A stretch of 64,000 bases of DNA, taken from the NCBI GenBank assembly GCA_016748015.1, contig JAAOMT010000071.1:248001-312000 (forward strand), in the 5' to 3' direction. Shown here piece by piece: positions 47,201-59,370 of this stretch (position 1 is the first letter of the stretch; each line of letters opens with the position of its first letter). Both the position numbers and the translations under genes were made by a program. The notes under the pieces were generated by a model. It was not told where the DNA came from. It was given only the letters and a program-made list of their open reading frames with translations, and ran no database searches. This DNA comes from Geosiphon pyriformis uo1. Lineage: Eukaryota > Fungi > Glomeromycota.

Positions 47201-50200
47201 TCCATATTCTTTCATCAAATAATTGTTCTCACAAGTGAGACATGGTTTATTGTCCCACTTGCCTTGTTGTTTTGAGTAGTCATATTATTCTTGGTGGCAT
47301 GACTTGCAGTAATAATGAGTTTGCATTTAGTAATCTTTGTCGGGTGCAATCCAAGCTTCCATAGAAGAAAGTTTCTTGTCACAATCTTGGTATTTGAGTG
47401 GAATATGTGGCAGTTGTTTTAGTGGCTCATGTGAGTAGGATCTCTCCCAGCCACTAGTTATTTCTTTGGTTGTTGTGTCTTTTTCTGTTGTGTTCTCTTC
47501 TTTATCTTTTCCTTTATTGTTCCAAGAAAGTACTAGTGGTAGCTCGTTGTGTTTGGTGTCAGCCCAGAAGACTTGGTACACTTCTCAGATAGGTTTTTTT
47601 TCTTTTTCTTCTAATTCAATGAGTGATTTGTTGTCAAGAGTGGTCTTGAAGTGACCACAAGTGGCTGGCATGCGTGTGTGGTGGCCATTCTGACTGAATT
47701 ACAGTTCTTGGGTGTTTTAGTCGAACATGGCATTGGCTTTTGACAGCCAATTGTTTCCAATAAAAGCTTAATACTAAGTTGCTTCCATCACCAATACCTT
47801 GATTGGTATTATAATGTTGTTAACTTTAAATAAGAAATTGTCTATTTCACCAATCAGAGTTTTGGTCACTCCATCAGCAGTGATTATGCATGCACTGGCA
47901 GCATGATCAACTCAATAACCTAATTGGTTCATAAGTTGTCATGTAATGATACTACTGGCTGATTCACTGTTTAGGATCAGTTTAATGTGCTGTCCATTAA
48001 CTTTAGCATTGGTATACATTGCAGTGATGGGTTTTGATTCTAGAGCAGCTCCACTGAATAGTGGCATTTCAATTGGTTCCTCAAATTTAAAAAGAAAGAT
48101 AGTGGTAAGTAATTTGTCTTCTGTAATAGTTGTTGGCAGAATATTGTTAGTAAGTGGTTTTTGGTTGGCTTTTGATTTATTGGATGTGGTATTTTCTGAG
48201 GTAACTAGAAGACTTAAATAGTTCTGGGAATTCGGGTTTTGGGTGTATTCAGTGTCTGAATTCCATTGTTGAAATCTTGATAGTTGTGTGGAGGAACTGG
48301 GAATCAGTTGATAGACTATTATCAACAATTTCCAGCTTTGTTGTGTCAGTCTTGACCTTTGAGTTCTGTTTTAAGGTAAGTTCTGTGGTGGTGTTTGAAT
48401 TTGTTGGGGTTAATAAATTACCTGAGACTACAGCTGATAAATGGGTTGGAACTGCAGTTAATAAATGACAAATACTAAGAGCTGATAAATTGGTGGTTGA
48501 TAGATTGGCTGTTGCATCATAGGTAGGTAACTCAGTCAATATAGTGCTGGGTTGGGTTGATAATTTAGAGCTTGAAACTGGCAATCGGGTTTTTAATATT
48601 AATTTCCCGATCATGAGTTATTACTATAAAATTGGCAGTTGGCTCTAATGTGGCCTTGTTTACCACAGTTATGACAGACATGTGTCTCTTGTTGCCATAG
48701 CTGATTTGAAGAAAATGATGATGATAATGAATGCAACTGATTTTGGAAATGATTCATGTTTCCTGAGTTATTATGTTATTATGGTGATTGATAAATTGCA
48801 TGATTGTCAGCTAAGTATCCTTCCAATTTCTGATTAATTGAATTACTGAGTTGTTTCAATTTGGAATCCAAGTTAGATAATCCATTTATGACTAGATTAA
48901 CAGCTTGGACATAATTTGCTTTAAGTTCTGTCAATTCAAAATTTCTCACATTGGTAACTGCATCCTGAAGAGTTTGTGGGTGCATTGGGCATATATTTTG
49001 AAAAAAACTACTGCACAATTCATAGATGAACCGGTTTAGGATCTGTGGCACTGTAAAATAATCAGCTTAAATTGCTTGAATTTGGTGCAAGTTCTTATAA
49101 AAGCATTCCAAGTAAGTGGTAACTGCTTCAGTTTCTCTCTGTTTGATTGTAGTAAAGACATTGGCTAGATGATTAATACTGTTATTATTACTGAAATATT
49201 TCAAGAATACAATTTTAAATTTTTGTAATATTTGAGGTTTAGTGGCTAAACTCTAATATCATAAGTTGGCAGTATTCTGTAGAAAATAGGGAATTACTTG
49301 AAGAGCTCTGTCATTATTTCATCAATTGGCTGCAATGGCTTTTTCTACATCATTGAGCCATACTTGTATATTGTTCTTTTCACTGGTAAATTTTTTTATT
49401 TTGGCAATTAGAGTATAAGCCATTGGTTGTTGTTGTGATTGCTGCTAGATTTGTTGTTGGGGTAATAGTTGTGGCTGTTGTTGTTGTTTGGCAATTGGTG
49501 GAGCTGGTGGTAGATTGATCACAATTACTGGAGGTAAGTGTTGTTAATTATTAATGTCAGGGTTTCAATCATTTTGGTTTTTTGGGATTTGATTAACCGA
49601 AGTCCCAATTTTTGGTTTTTCTAAAATCATGTTTTGGTTACTATTTCCCAATTGCTACCTTTTTTTTCCTCGGAGTCAGTTATTTCCCAAGGACTAATGG
49701 CTCCAAAATCTGGTTGTGATGGTGGTGATTGAATTTTTGATGACATTGGAGATTGTGATTTAAATCTCTTAAAGCAATTATTATATGTTCTTAGTAATTC
49801 TGTTTTCTTTTGTTTACTTTGAAATAGAATCTTGTTCAATAGTGTGGTCATATTTGTAGTGGATGTGCCTATTGATGTTATATTAATAGTGCTTCCAGAT
49901 ATGTGATGATATAATGGATTGGCCGGAGAATTAAATCTTTGTTTCTTCCAAGTGGGTAGTTGGATTTGCTTTGGGGTTCCTGCTGGTGTTTATAGTCTTC
50001 CTTTTTTTTTATCAGCAAACATGATAGAAAATCTTTGTTTAGTGTATTTTTCAAATTCTCTATTTATTTTTGTGATTAGTGGTGTGAATAAATAGTTTTG
50101 CAGAAGAGTAGTGCTTTAGAGTAGTTCACTGAAAAAGTTGTTGAAGGTGAATTCTGAATCTTTTTGGCCTCCTAAATAGTATACAATTCTCTCATTGACA

Positions 50201-50325
50201 TAGCAATTGAAAGCTAATTCTATTGACCAACTATTATTTGTTAATCCAAGATAGATGTAATAATGTTGGAATAAGAATTTTGCAAATTCCAAATGGTTTG
50301 TTCCTATTTCTTTGAATTCTGCTAC
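44281..50325 (-). pseudogene. gag-pol: B2 Gag-PR-Cys-rich-dUTPase-RT-RNase H polyprotein, disrupted
   Basis: CHNCGKQGHIRANC ~48640-48680; LILNSESASSII; dUTPase ORF 46185-46754; YLDD ~45075; RQI-stop at 44281-44283. Confidence 0.93.
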
Positions 50326-50382
50326 TGTTTGGATGAGGTTTGTTGATACTCTATAGGATTATACCTTATAGGGAACACCAAA

Positions 50383-51213
50383 TGTTACAGGTGATTATTT
50401 GGGGTCTCAAGTCAAATAACAAACCCATAACTTGGTACTTGATTGGTATTTCTGATGTTAATATCTGAAGGTTTTTGTATAGAGTTCTTTGTATAATAGA
50501 CAGAGATTTAATAGTTGTGTTATTCGTAGCTTCTTAAAACTGCAGTTTTATCAATTTTTTTCTTAGCATGATGGCTGGTATTCCTCTTGGTAAGCTATCC
50601 TTAATTGAATGTTCTATTTTTATTTCTGGGTCTTTTACCAATCACTTTGATGTCAGTAACTCCACATATTATTTTCTTTAATCAATTAGTACACAACAAT
50701 AAAACCAAAGAAAAAAAAATAAAGAAAAGAAGTAAAAAAATAAGCCAAGGCAATTTACAAGTTAGTATTTTGTCAATAGCCATGATCAAAAGCTATTGTT
50801 TCAGTGTGGTTAAGTATCAATTGCTATTAACATGAAATATTAATAGTGATAAGTGAGATTGAGATAGATACTAATTATTTATTAATAGTTGTAAATGGAA
50901 GATTGCTTAGATTAAATCTAAACTGGGTGGTCTGTTTTTTTTACTTCTAATACTATTACTATATATACATAATTGAGATTTCTTAATTTCTCAATTCTTT
51001 ACACCAGGAATCCTGGAATTTCTGGAATTCTGCAATTTTTTTTGAAAGGAATTTTGGAATTCTGGAATCTTGCAATTCTTTATATAAGAATTCTGAAATT
51101 CCTGGAATCTTGCAATTCCTCTTGAGAGGAATTTTGGAATTCCACATTTACTATGGCTACTTCTGATTGGCTAATTTATATGCTAATATACTTCCTATAT
51201 TTTATGAGTAACA
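50383..51213 (-). repeat. B2 5' LTR
   Basis: TGTTAC/GTAACA termini; PBS TGGTGTTCCCTATAAGG adjacent. Confidence 0.94.
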
Positions 51214-52133
51214 ATAAAAAGAGAATTTCAAATTCAAAATTATGTCATTTGGCTTGATGAATGCTCCAGCCACTTTTCAGTGATTTATGAAATTGTCTAT
51301 ATTGAACTACTATGGAAATTAGTAGTCATATACTTGAATGACACCAATGTGTTCTCAGAAACATTTGATAATCATCTGTATCATCTCCAACAAGTATTTG
51401 AAAAACTCAGACAAGCAGGATTGAAACTAAATGCCAACAAATACTTTTTTAGAAAAACAGAACTCAAGTTTTTGGAACATGTTGTAAGCAAAGACAGTAT
51501 TAAAACAGATTCAGATAAGATTGTGATAGTAAAAAACTTTCTAGTACCAACCAACTTGACAAAACTAAGAGCATTTTTGGGATTTGCAGGCTATTATTGT
51601 TGCTTTATCAAGGACTTTTCTAAACTGGCTCAGCCACTTTATCATCTACAAACCAAGAATGTAAAGTATAAATGGACAAAAACTCAACAAGAAGCATTTG
51701 ACACATTGAGAAGAAAACTTATTCAATCTTTAGTACTGATCTATTTAGACCACAATAAACTATTTATTATCACTACAGATGCATTAGACCAAGCTTTGAG
51801 AGCAATACTATCACAGAAAGGACCAGATAGAAGAGAACATCCAGTAACATACACCAATTAAAGCTTGAGTCCAGCAAAAAAAATTATGGAACACTAGCAT
51901 TGGAACACTTAGCAATCTATTGGGCAGTTATAAAATAGAAAGAATACTTAAGCCAGAAATTTGACATATACACAGATCACAAGGGATTGACTTTGATCCA
52001 GATTCAAAAATTTGGAAATAATTATCATGTAAAATAGAAAATAGCACTATCATTATATACATTTACAGTACATTATAAAAAGAGAAAATACAATGGAAAT
52101 GCTGATGAATTGTCACGAATGAAACAAATCTAA
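51214..52133 (+). pseudogene. pol: B0 RT C-half + RNase H
   Basis: FGLMNAPATFQ, VVIYLND, TTDALDQ, SRMKQI-stop at 52131-52133. Confidence 0.92.
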
Positions 52134-52163
52134 AAACATTTCAACCCAAAAATATAACAAAAC

Positions 52164-53525
52164 ATGAATATACAAAAATACCAACAACTCTAACATTATA
52201 TAAATACCCAATTGTTCAAAGAGAAATTATCTCAAAAAGAACAAAACAACATAAAACAGCAATCAAAATATTTTATCAACCATTAAAATATACTTTACTA
52301 GAAAAACAAAAGAAATTCAGACTAACCAATCAGAGTAATCACAGAACCAGAGAAAGAGACAATATTATTTAACATGCACTTAGACCCAACAGCAGGACAT
52401 TTTTACAAAGAAGCAACCATAGAAAGAACCAGAAAAAAATACTATTGGCTATCAATGTATCTGGACATTATTCAATATGATTAAAATTGTGATGCTTGTC
52501 AAAAAAAAGATGAAACAAAACTCAGTAAACCATTGAAACCAATCAAAGTGGGACAACCATTTGATCATATTAGAATTAACTTAGTCGAACCATTAACAAT
52601 CACCAGCAGAGGCAACAGATATATTACAGTAGCCATGGATTATTTCACAAAATGCCCAGAAGCAAAAGTCATTCAAAGAGCAGATGCAGAATCCATTGCC
52701 AAATTTAATCTGTCAATATAGATGTCCAAAAGAACTACTATTAAATCAAAGAACTCACTTTGTAAATAGAACATTGGCAGAATTAAGTCAAAAATTTGGA
52801 ATAAAAAGACTATTATCATTACCATACTATTTACAAACAAATAGGCTAGTTGAAAAATTTAACAGAATATTGTGTGAAACCATTGCAAAAATCAGCCAAA
52901 AAAACCAGGACAAATGGGATTTGATTATACTATCAGTATTATTTGTTTATCGGACAATAAAGCAAAACACTACACAAACAATACTATTCGAATTAGTATA
53001 TGGTAGAACAGCAACACTACCAATTGAGATAAAGTTAAAACATATCCAACAGAACCAATAACAGAAAAGAATTTACAAAAAACATTGTTGAAAAGAACAT
53101 ATGACTTAATAAAGACACTAGTAAACACACAATAAAGAACAGCTGATAACATTCAAAAGTCACAAAAAAACCAAAAAAAAAGACATGATAACCAACTACC
53201 AGAGAAACCAGTTGAATTCAAGATTGGAGACAAAGTACTTCTATATTATACTAAAGTAGAAAAACAATGGAATAGAAAATTTGATCCCAAATAGGATGGA
53301 CTATTTTACATAGAAGAAATTTTTTGAAATAGAGCTTATAAATTAAGATCGAACAACAAAATCTTAATCAAAGCAGTATATGGTGATTAACTAAAACAAT
53401 ATCACTATATAGTATTATCATCTACCAGTAATATTTCACAATTAGAAGTACAGAGAATACTAGTCAAACCAGATAAGATTCCACAAGATCTAGAACCAAT
53501 TATAATCATTGAACCAAACACATAA
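52164..53525 (+). pseudogene. int: B0 stand-alone integrase, disrupted
   Basis: ATG at 52164 (MNIQKY); CDAC; DLEPIIIIEPNT-stop. Confidence 0.9.
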
Positions 53526-53585
53526 AGAATTGAACAACCAAAAAATATATAAAGACATGATATATGTGACAAAAGACAACAGAAA

Positions 53586-54215
53586 ATGGAAATTACTGAC
53601 AGTATTTACTCACTAGCACAACAACTCTTTCAACTAATCCAACAACAAAAAATGGAAATTACAATCAACCAACAAACTATTAGATACACAAACATCAGAA
53701 AAGAATCACAAGATAAAATACAGAGAAAAACAAAAAACACTGTTAACAAAATAATCACAAAAGTAAAATTGGCAATAGAAACACAATTAAAAGTCATCCA
53801 ATATCAGGAGTTGACTATAGAAACTTGGAATTGGTAGATACAACAATTTCCAAAAAACTTTTGTTACTTTTATTTGGGACAACACTTGAACATTCAGGGC
53901 TTTTACATGGATAAAACGAAATGATTATTTGACACAACAATACTATAACAACTAGAACAATTTGTGAAGAAGAACAATTTGACCACACAAGCAAGAACTA
54001 TTTATTGGCTACACACTGGATTTCAAGATCAACCAGAAATCTTACTCAATTCAGAAATAAATTCCATTACCATTAACCAAATGGAAAAAATAACCAATGC
54101 TTAATTTGAAAAATTACAGAACAAGATAGCACAAGTAATTCTTGAAAAAGAAATTCAAGAAATACTCAAAGATAGAGAATTAGAATTAGGAGATCTTGAT
54201 AGAGCTCAATATTAA
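53586..54215 (+). pseudogene. B0 ORF3 (unknown, env position), disrupted
   Basis: MEITDSIY...NFCYFYLGQHL...DRAQY-stop at the PPT. Confidence 0.84.
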
Positions 54216-54229
54216 AAAGAAGGGAATAA

Positions 54230-55067
54230 TGTTACTCATAGAATATAGAAAGTAAATTAGCATATAAATTAGCCAATTAAAAGTAACCATAGTAAAATGT
54301 GGAATTCCAGAATTCCTCCCAGAGAAATTGCAGGATTCCAAGAATTTCAGGATTCTCATACAAGAAATTCCAGGATTCTTCTCAAAAGAATTGCAGAATT
54401 CCAGGAATTCCAAGATTCCTGGTGTGAAAAATTGAGGAATTGAGGAATCTCAATTATGTATATATAGCAGTAGTATTAGAAGTAGAAAAGACAGATCTTT
54501 CAGTTTGGATTTGATCTAAGCAATCTTTCACATCACCAATATCAATAAATAATTATTTAATATCTCCAATCCACTCCCCACTATTAACACTTCATGTTAA
54601 TAGTAATTGATACTTAACCACACTAGAACAATAGTTCTTGATCACAACTATTGACAAGATACTAACTTGTAATTGCTTTTGCTTATTTTTTTATTTTCTT
54701 TTGGGTTTTTTTCTCTATTCTTCTTTTGTTATTTTTTTGGGTTTACTAATTAATTAAGAATTAAGTGCTGAATTATAGACATCATAAGGACTGGTAAAAG
54801 ACCCATGAAACAAGGATAAAACACTCATAGATTTGAGGATAGCTTACCAGGAGAATTACTGGCCACCACACTGAAAAAAAAATTCGACAGAATTGTGATT
54901 TCAGAAGGCTATTGAAACAACTATTGAATCTCTGTTCATTATACAAAAAACTCCACAATCACACCTTCAAATCAACCAAATCTTCAGATATCAACACCAG
55001 AATATCAATCAAGCACCAAGTTATAGATTTATTATTTGTTTTGAGATCCAAATATCCACTTGTAACA
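54230..55067 (+). repeat. B0 3' LTR
   Basis: PPT AAAAAGAAGGGAA upstream; same length and subtype as 7180-8017. Confidence 0.94.
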
Positions 55068-57268
55068 CCAAATAAGCATGTTAAGATCACAAAAATATTG
55101 TAAAAAGGCCTGTTTAAAAGTGATAAAGGTGATAGGTTTTTCTTTGAGACTTTGGTACTATGAGTCTATAGTTTTTATTAAGAAAAATGGCAGTACTTAA
55201 ATTATTTTGTTATTATCTTAGTTATTGGTAATAATTGCTTTTTTGGCTTCTGCTATTTAGGTATATGCATTATTTTTTTTGCTGAAAAATTTTTTCAATC
55301 TAGTAATATCTTGGTAAGCTATTATCTGAAAAATAAAAGATAGTTGACTTACTAATAATAAGAGATTTGATAAAAGTGTACTATATTGTTTTTTGGGTGC
55401 TAATTTTGGTTGTTTCTCTTTGTTAAGACCAATAAGTAGCAAGATGGCTGTTTCTTCTATAAGAATAGTTGTTAACTTTGTTAGAAACTGTGCTAGTAAT
55501 GGTGCTTAAGAGAACATGCTTTTGTTGAGTTGACTGGCAGTTGAAGTAAGATTCTTAAATAACAATTTGTATTTATTCAGGAATTTTGTTCAAAGATTAT
55601 TATTGTGACTTCAAAAGTACAGAGTTCCAGGAGTTCTTGAAGTTTTTGTTTGTGTTTCTTTGAGTTGGTTAAATAAGATTCTACTTTCTGGTGTCTAATA
55701 ATATAAAGAAGTGGTTGGTAAAAGGAACCTTAATTTCTTGTTAATTGTGAATTGAACTTTTTCTTGTGTAGCTGTTGTATTATTGGATTTGAACTCAAAT
55801 TCTATAAAGTTGGGCTTTACTATTTGTTTTTCTTTTACTTAAAGATACTATTGTGTCATGTATTCTTTAATTTCTCTGTTAATTATATAAAAGATCTTAG
55901 TTATAACTTGGGTAGTGGTTTCTGTTAAGTATGTTAATAATTTTTGGTGTATTTGTTCTCTGATTTTTTTTGTGTCTATTGCTTAGCTTAGCAAACAATC
56001 AATTTTTGCATAAAGATATTGACAAAAATCTCTTTTAGTAAAGATGGCTTTAAGTAATATTCCCAAATCTTTCCTAAAATATTGAAATAAGGCTTTTCCA
56101 TACAGTAAGTGATCTTTTCCTACTAATTTAATAGTTGCTATTTTTTAAATTTCTGGGGTGCTCTGTTTCTGTGGATTTTATAAACTTACAAAAAGCACCA
56201 AATATTATAAGTAAACTTGGTAATATATGGTAGTAATGTTTGATGTTCAAGATTTTGGGTTTTTAGGGAGTTTTTGATGGTTTTTTTTGGTAGGCTTGTT
56301 TGTTGTATCAATGTTATCAGTCTTTGAAGATTTGTTTGATTGTTATAAATTTATTCATGAAATTCTTTGGTTATAAGGCACAGAAAGATGTTTTGTGGTG
56401 TTGCAACTTTTTGTATGTCAATATGAATTATCTTTTTCAAGTTAATGAGCATAGTTATTAGGATCTGACAGTGTTTTTTGCTCTTCTGGTAAGCTACCAA
56501 GATAATATTAATATCTAAACTTAGAAAAAGCTTCCCTTTTTTACCAGACTATCATGAAGTTTATTTCTTAACAATTAATTTTTCTATATTGCTGTTCTAC
56601 AAAAGAGAATAAAAGAAAATAAATAAATAAATAAATAAAAATAAAAAAAAATAAAAAAAAATAAATTAGTATTATTAATTGTTGTGATCAAAAGTAATTA
56701 GTCCAGATTGTTAAGAGTTCAAAACATTTATGCTAAGAGCATCTGTTCTGAAACAAAAGTATGAAACAAAAATTAGTTTAATTTAAGCATAGAATAATTA
56801 ATAACTATGTATTGATAATTTCAAGTTTTTTAAATAAGTTTTTTATTTTTATATAATATAATAATTATAAAGAAAAGAAAAATTAATTTTTTTCTGGCTG
56901 TTTTTTTAATTTCTACAACTACTTATTTTTATATATATTTTTTGGTTTTACAGAATTGTTTTTTAATTGTTTCATTTTTGCTAACTATTGTTTTGCTATT
57001 TTTGTTATCATTTTGTTTTTCTATGTTATTACTAGTTATTCTATGTTTCAATTAGTTATTTCATACTATAACACATTATTGAGTTTTGTTTTATGTTATT
57101 CTGAGTTATTATGTATTATTCTGTGTTTTTTTATATTATTTTGTGTTATTTCATGTTATTACATTTTTGGTCACATTTTTCTCCATAACTTTGAATTGGT
57201 TTTTTTATTCAAATAATAGTATTTATATGATCATAATTATTTAAGTGTGCTGTATATATACTGTAATA
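55068..57268 (-). mobile_element. Gypsy copy C1 5' segment (5' LTR, PBS, Gag N-half)
   Basis: AFLQYFCD.. at ~55075-55110; GKDHLLYGKALFQYF homologous to the family-B N-terminus; PBS TGGTGCTTTTTGTAAG 56185-56200. Confidence 0.85.
56203..57268 (-). repeat. C1 5' LTR (outer boundary inferred)
   Basis: TATTAT (ex-TGTTAC) at 56203 next to the PBS; GTAATA (ex-GTAACA) ending 57268 where LINE-like sequence starts; GTTATT repeats 57000-57160; partner LTR outside window. Confidence 0.65.
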
Positions 57269-57927
57269 AGATGAAGTTCTTAAACTATAGCTTTAACTAC
57301 AGCCTGAACTTGTTAGTTTATTGGGATTTGCTAAGAGAACACTCTTTTTTTTGGGTGTCTTTAATTAGTGGGGTTTTTGTCTTATTTATAGTTCTTTAAG
57401 ATTTGGCTTTAAGTGTTTTTAATATGAGGTTATATATAATATTATACAAGAGTTTTATGCTTAAAAATTGGTTAATAAAGACCAAGACTTCTTTTGGGAA
57501 TGTTAATACTACCATTAATAAGCTGATTAAGTTTGTTTGAAGTTTGATTATTGAATACAAAAAAAGAATATGATTGTTTAATTTAAAGCTTTAAACTAAT
57601 ATAGACTATAAAAATTTGTTGTGTTAAGATTATTTTGTGTTTAATATTATTTGGAATCTTTTTGCTAAAGTTTTAAACAGTGTTATTTGGTTGTTTGGAA
57701 TAGAAAAGGGCTATTTAGTTGGTTTTAGTTTGAATATAGGTTATTTATTTTATGCTAATGTTGTCAAAAATGTTTCTGTTAATATAATTATGTAATATAA
57801 CCTTAATTAACCAGATGTTTGGTTATATGTAATAAGTGTGTAATTTATATCTAATTTAGAACTCTAGACAGTTATATTGTATTAGATAAAAATTAAATCT
57901 TATTTATAATTGCAAATAAAAAAAAAA
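57269..57927 (+). mobile_element. Highly decayed LINE 3' fragment (target of C1)
   Basis: LYIILYKSFMLKNW and VIWLFGIEKGYLVGF..VSVNIIM-stop (57795) align with the C-terminus of ORF 59515-60264; AATAAA + A-run 57915-57927. Confidence 0.75.
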
Positions 57928-59187
57928 CATATAATTTAATTAAATATAATATGACAATACTTTTTTAAAAACTTATTAAAATAATATTACTAATTAATAA
58001 ATATAGTTCTTATTTTAATTTTTAAAGTTAAGTAATTGATTTAAAACTTGTAATAAAAACTTTTATTATACTAAAAAAATCTTATTTACTCTTTAAAAAT
58101 AAGATTATATTTTTAAAAAAGTAGTTATAATACAATATATTAATAAAAAACTCTCTTTTTACCAATATTATATTTTTAAAGTATAATAAAAAAATACCAA
58201 TAAATTTGTATTTTAACAATGACTAAAAAATTATATTAAAATATATTAATATTTTTTTAATATTAAAAAATATAAAAAAACAACTATTTTTTTTGGAAAA
58301 AATAATAAGTTTTTTCTATTTGTAACAAAGAAAAAATAGTTATTACTTAAATTTATTTTATGTATTAGAGTATTATAACAAAGTAAAAATATCTAAATAT
58401 AATGTTTATTATTTTTTAATTATAAGCAATTATATTTATTTCTGTTATTTTATTTATAATACATATTTTTTAATCTTTTTACTAGTTGTATTACACAAAA
58501 AAAATCAATATTGAAAATAACAAAAATAATTATTTAATTAAAAACAACTTATTAATTTAACTAATAATTTTTTTGTTAATTTTAAACAAGTATTAATCTT
58601 ATAAAGTTATAAAATATTCTTAAAAAAATAAAAAAATAATTATATTTTTATATTTAAAGTTTTAAAAAGTTTTATAATTAGAGAATAATAAAAAAACTAT
58701 AATTTAATATATAAATTAGATTGTATTTTTATATTCTAATTAATTAATAAATTATGTATCATTTAAAATCATAAAATTTTAATAATTTTTATTTTAATTG
58801 ACTAATAAAAATCCAAAATCACATGTTATATAAAATTATATAAGATATAAGATTTTGAATTTTTCTTTTTTTTTCTTTTATAATGATATAATATATATTT
58901 ATTTTCTAATTATAATTAGTATTATTAATATATAATTAAGTTTTAAATTTAATCATTTAAATTTGATTATCTTAATTAATAGTTTATAAAAAAATAATAT
59001 GTTAAATAAATTTACAATTAATTTAATATATGAAAATAGTTAATATACTTAAATAATCTTAATATAATATATAAATTTAATGTAATTTAACTATAAATAT
59101 AAATTTTTTATTAGTTTAAAAAAGTATTAATTTTATATTAACAACTTTTTTTTTTAATTTTATAATAAAAAATTGATTTTTTATATA

Positions 59188-59266
<79 letters not shown>

Positions 59267-59370
59267 AATATTAATTATTAATATTTTAAATATTATATAC
59301 TTATTATTAATATTTTAAATTTTTATTATTTTATATTCTTAATATATGTTATTTATATTTTATATTATGT
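57928..59370. other. Extremely AT-rich (~90%) low-complexity block
   Basis: About 4-6 G+C per 60-nt line in the lines counted; no ORFs. Confidence 0.85.
59190..59258 (-). repeat. 69-nt poly(T) (poly(A) on minus strand)
   Basis: Uninterrupted homopolymer. Confidence 0.95.

Larger units (their letters stand above)
31478..51213 (-). mobile_element. Full-length gypsy copy B2 inserted in B0 RT; contains A3
   Basis: LTRs 31478-32305 and 50383-51213; flanks ATGA/ATAA (likely ex-ACGA); PBS 50364-50380. Confidence 0.95.
7180..55067 (+). mobile_element. Gypsy copy B0 (outer family-B element; contains B1, A2, B2, A3)
   Basis: LTRs 7180-8017 and 54230-55067 are both 838 bp and share the subtype end AAATATCCA..TGTAACA; flanks CTGA/CCAA are both one transition from CCGA; removal restores the C1 Gag frame (..LIR-LQNQF..). 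Confidence 0.9.

Noticed and set aside
56956-57216. Hydrophobic 86-aa ORF resembling a membrane protein
   Set aside because: Product of T-rich GTTATT repeats on the antisense strand of the C1 LTR.
3945-57268. Antisense bias of nested insertions (5 of 7)
   Set aside because: Sample too small to differ from chance.
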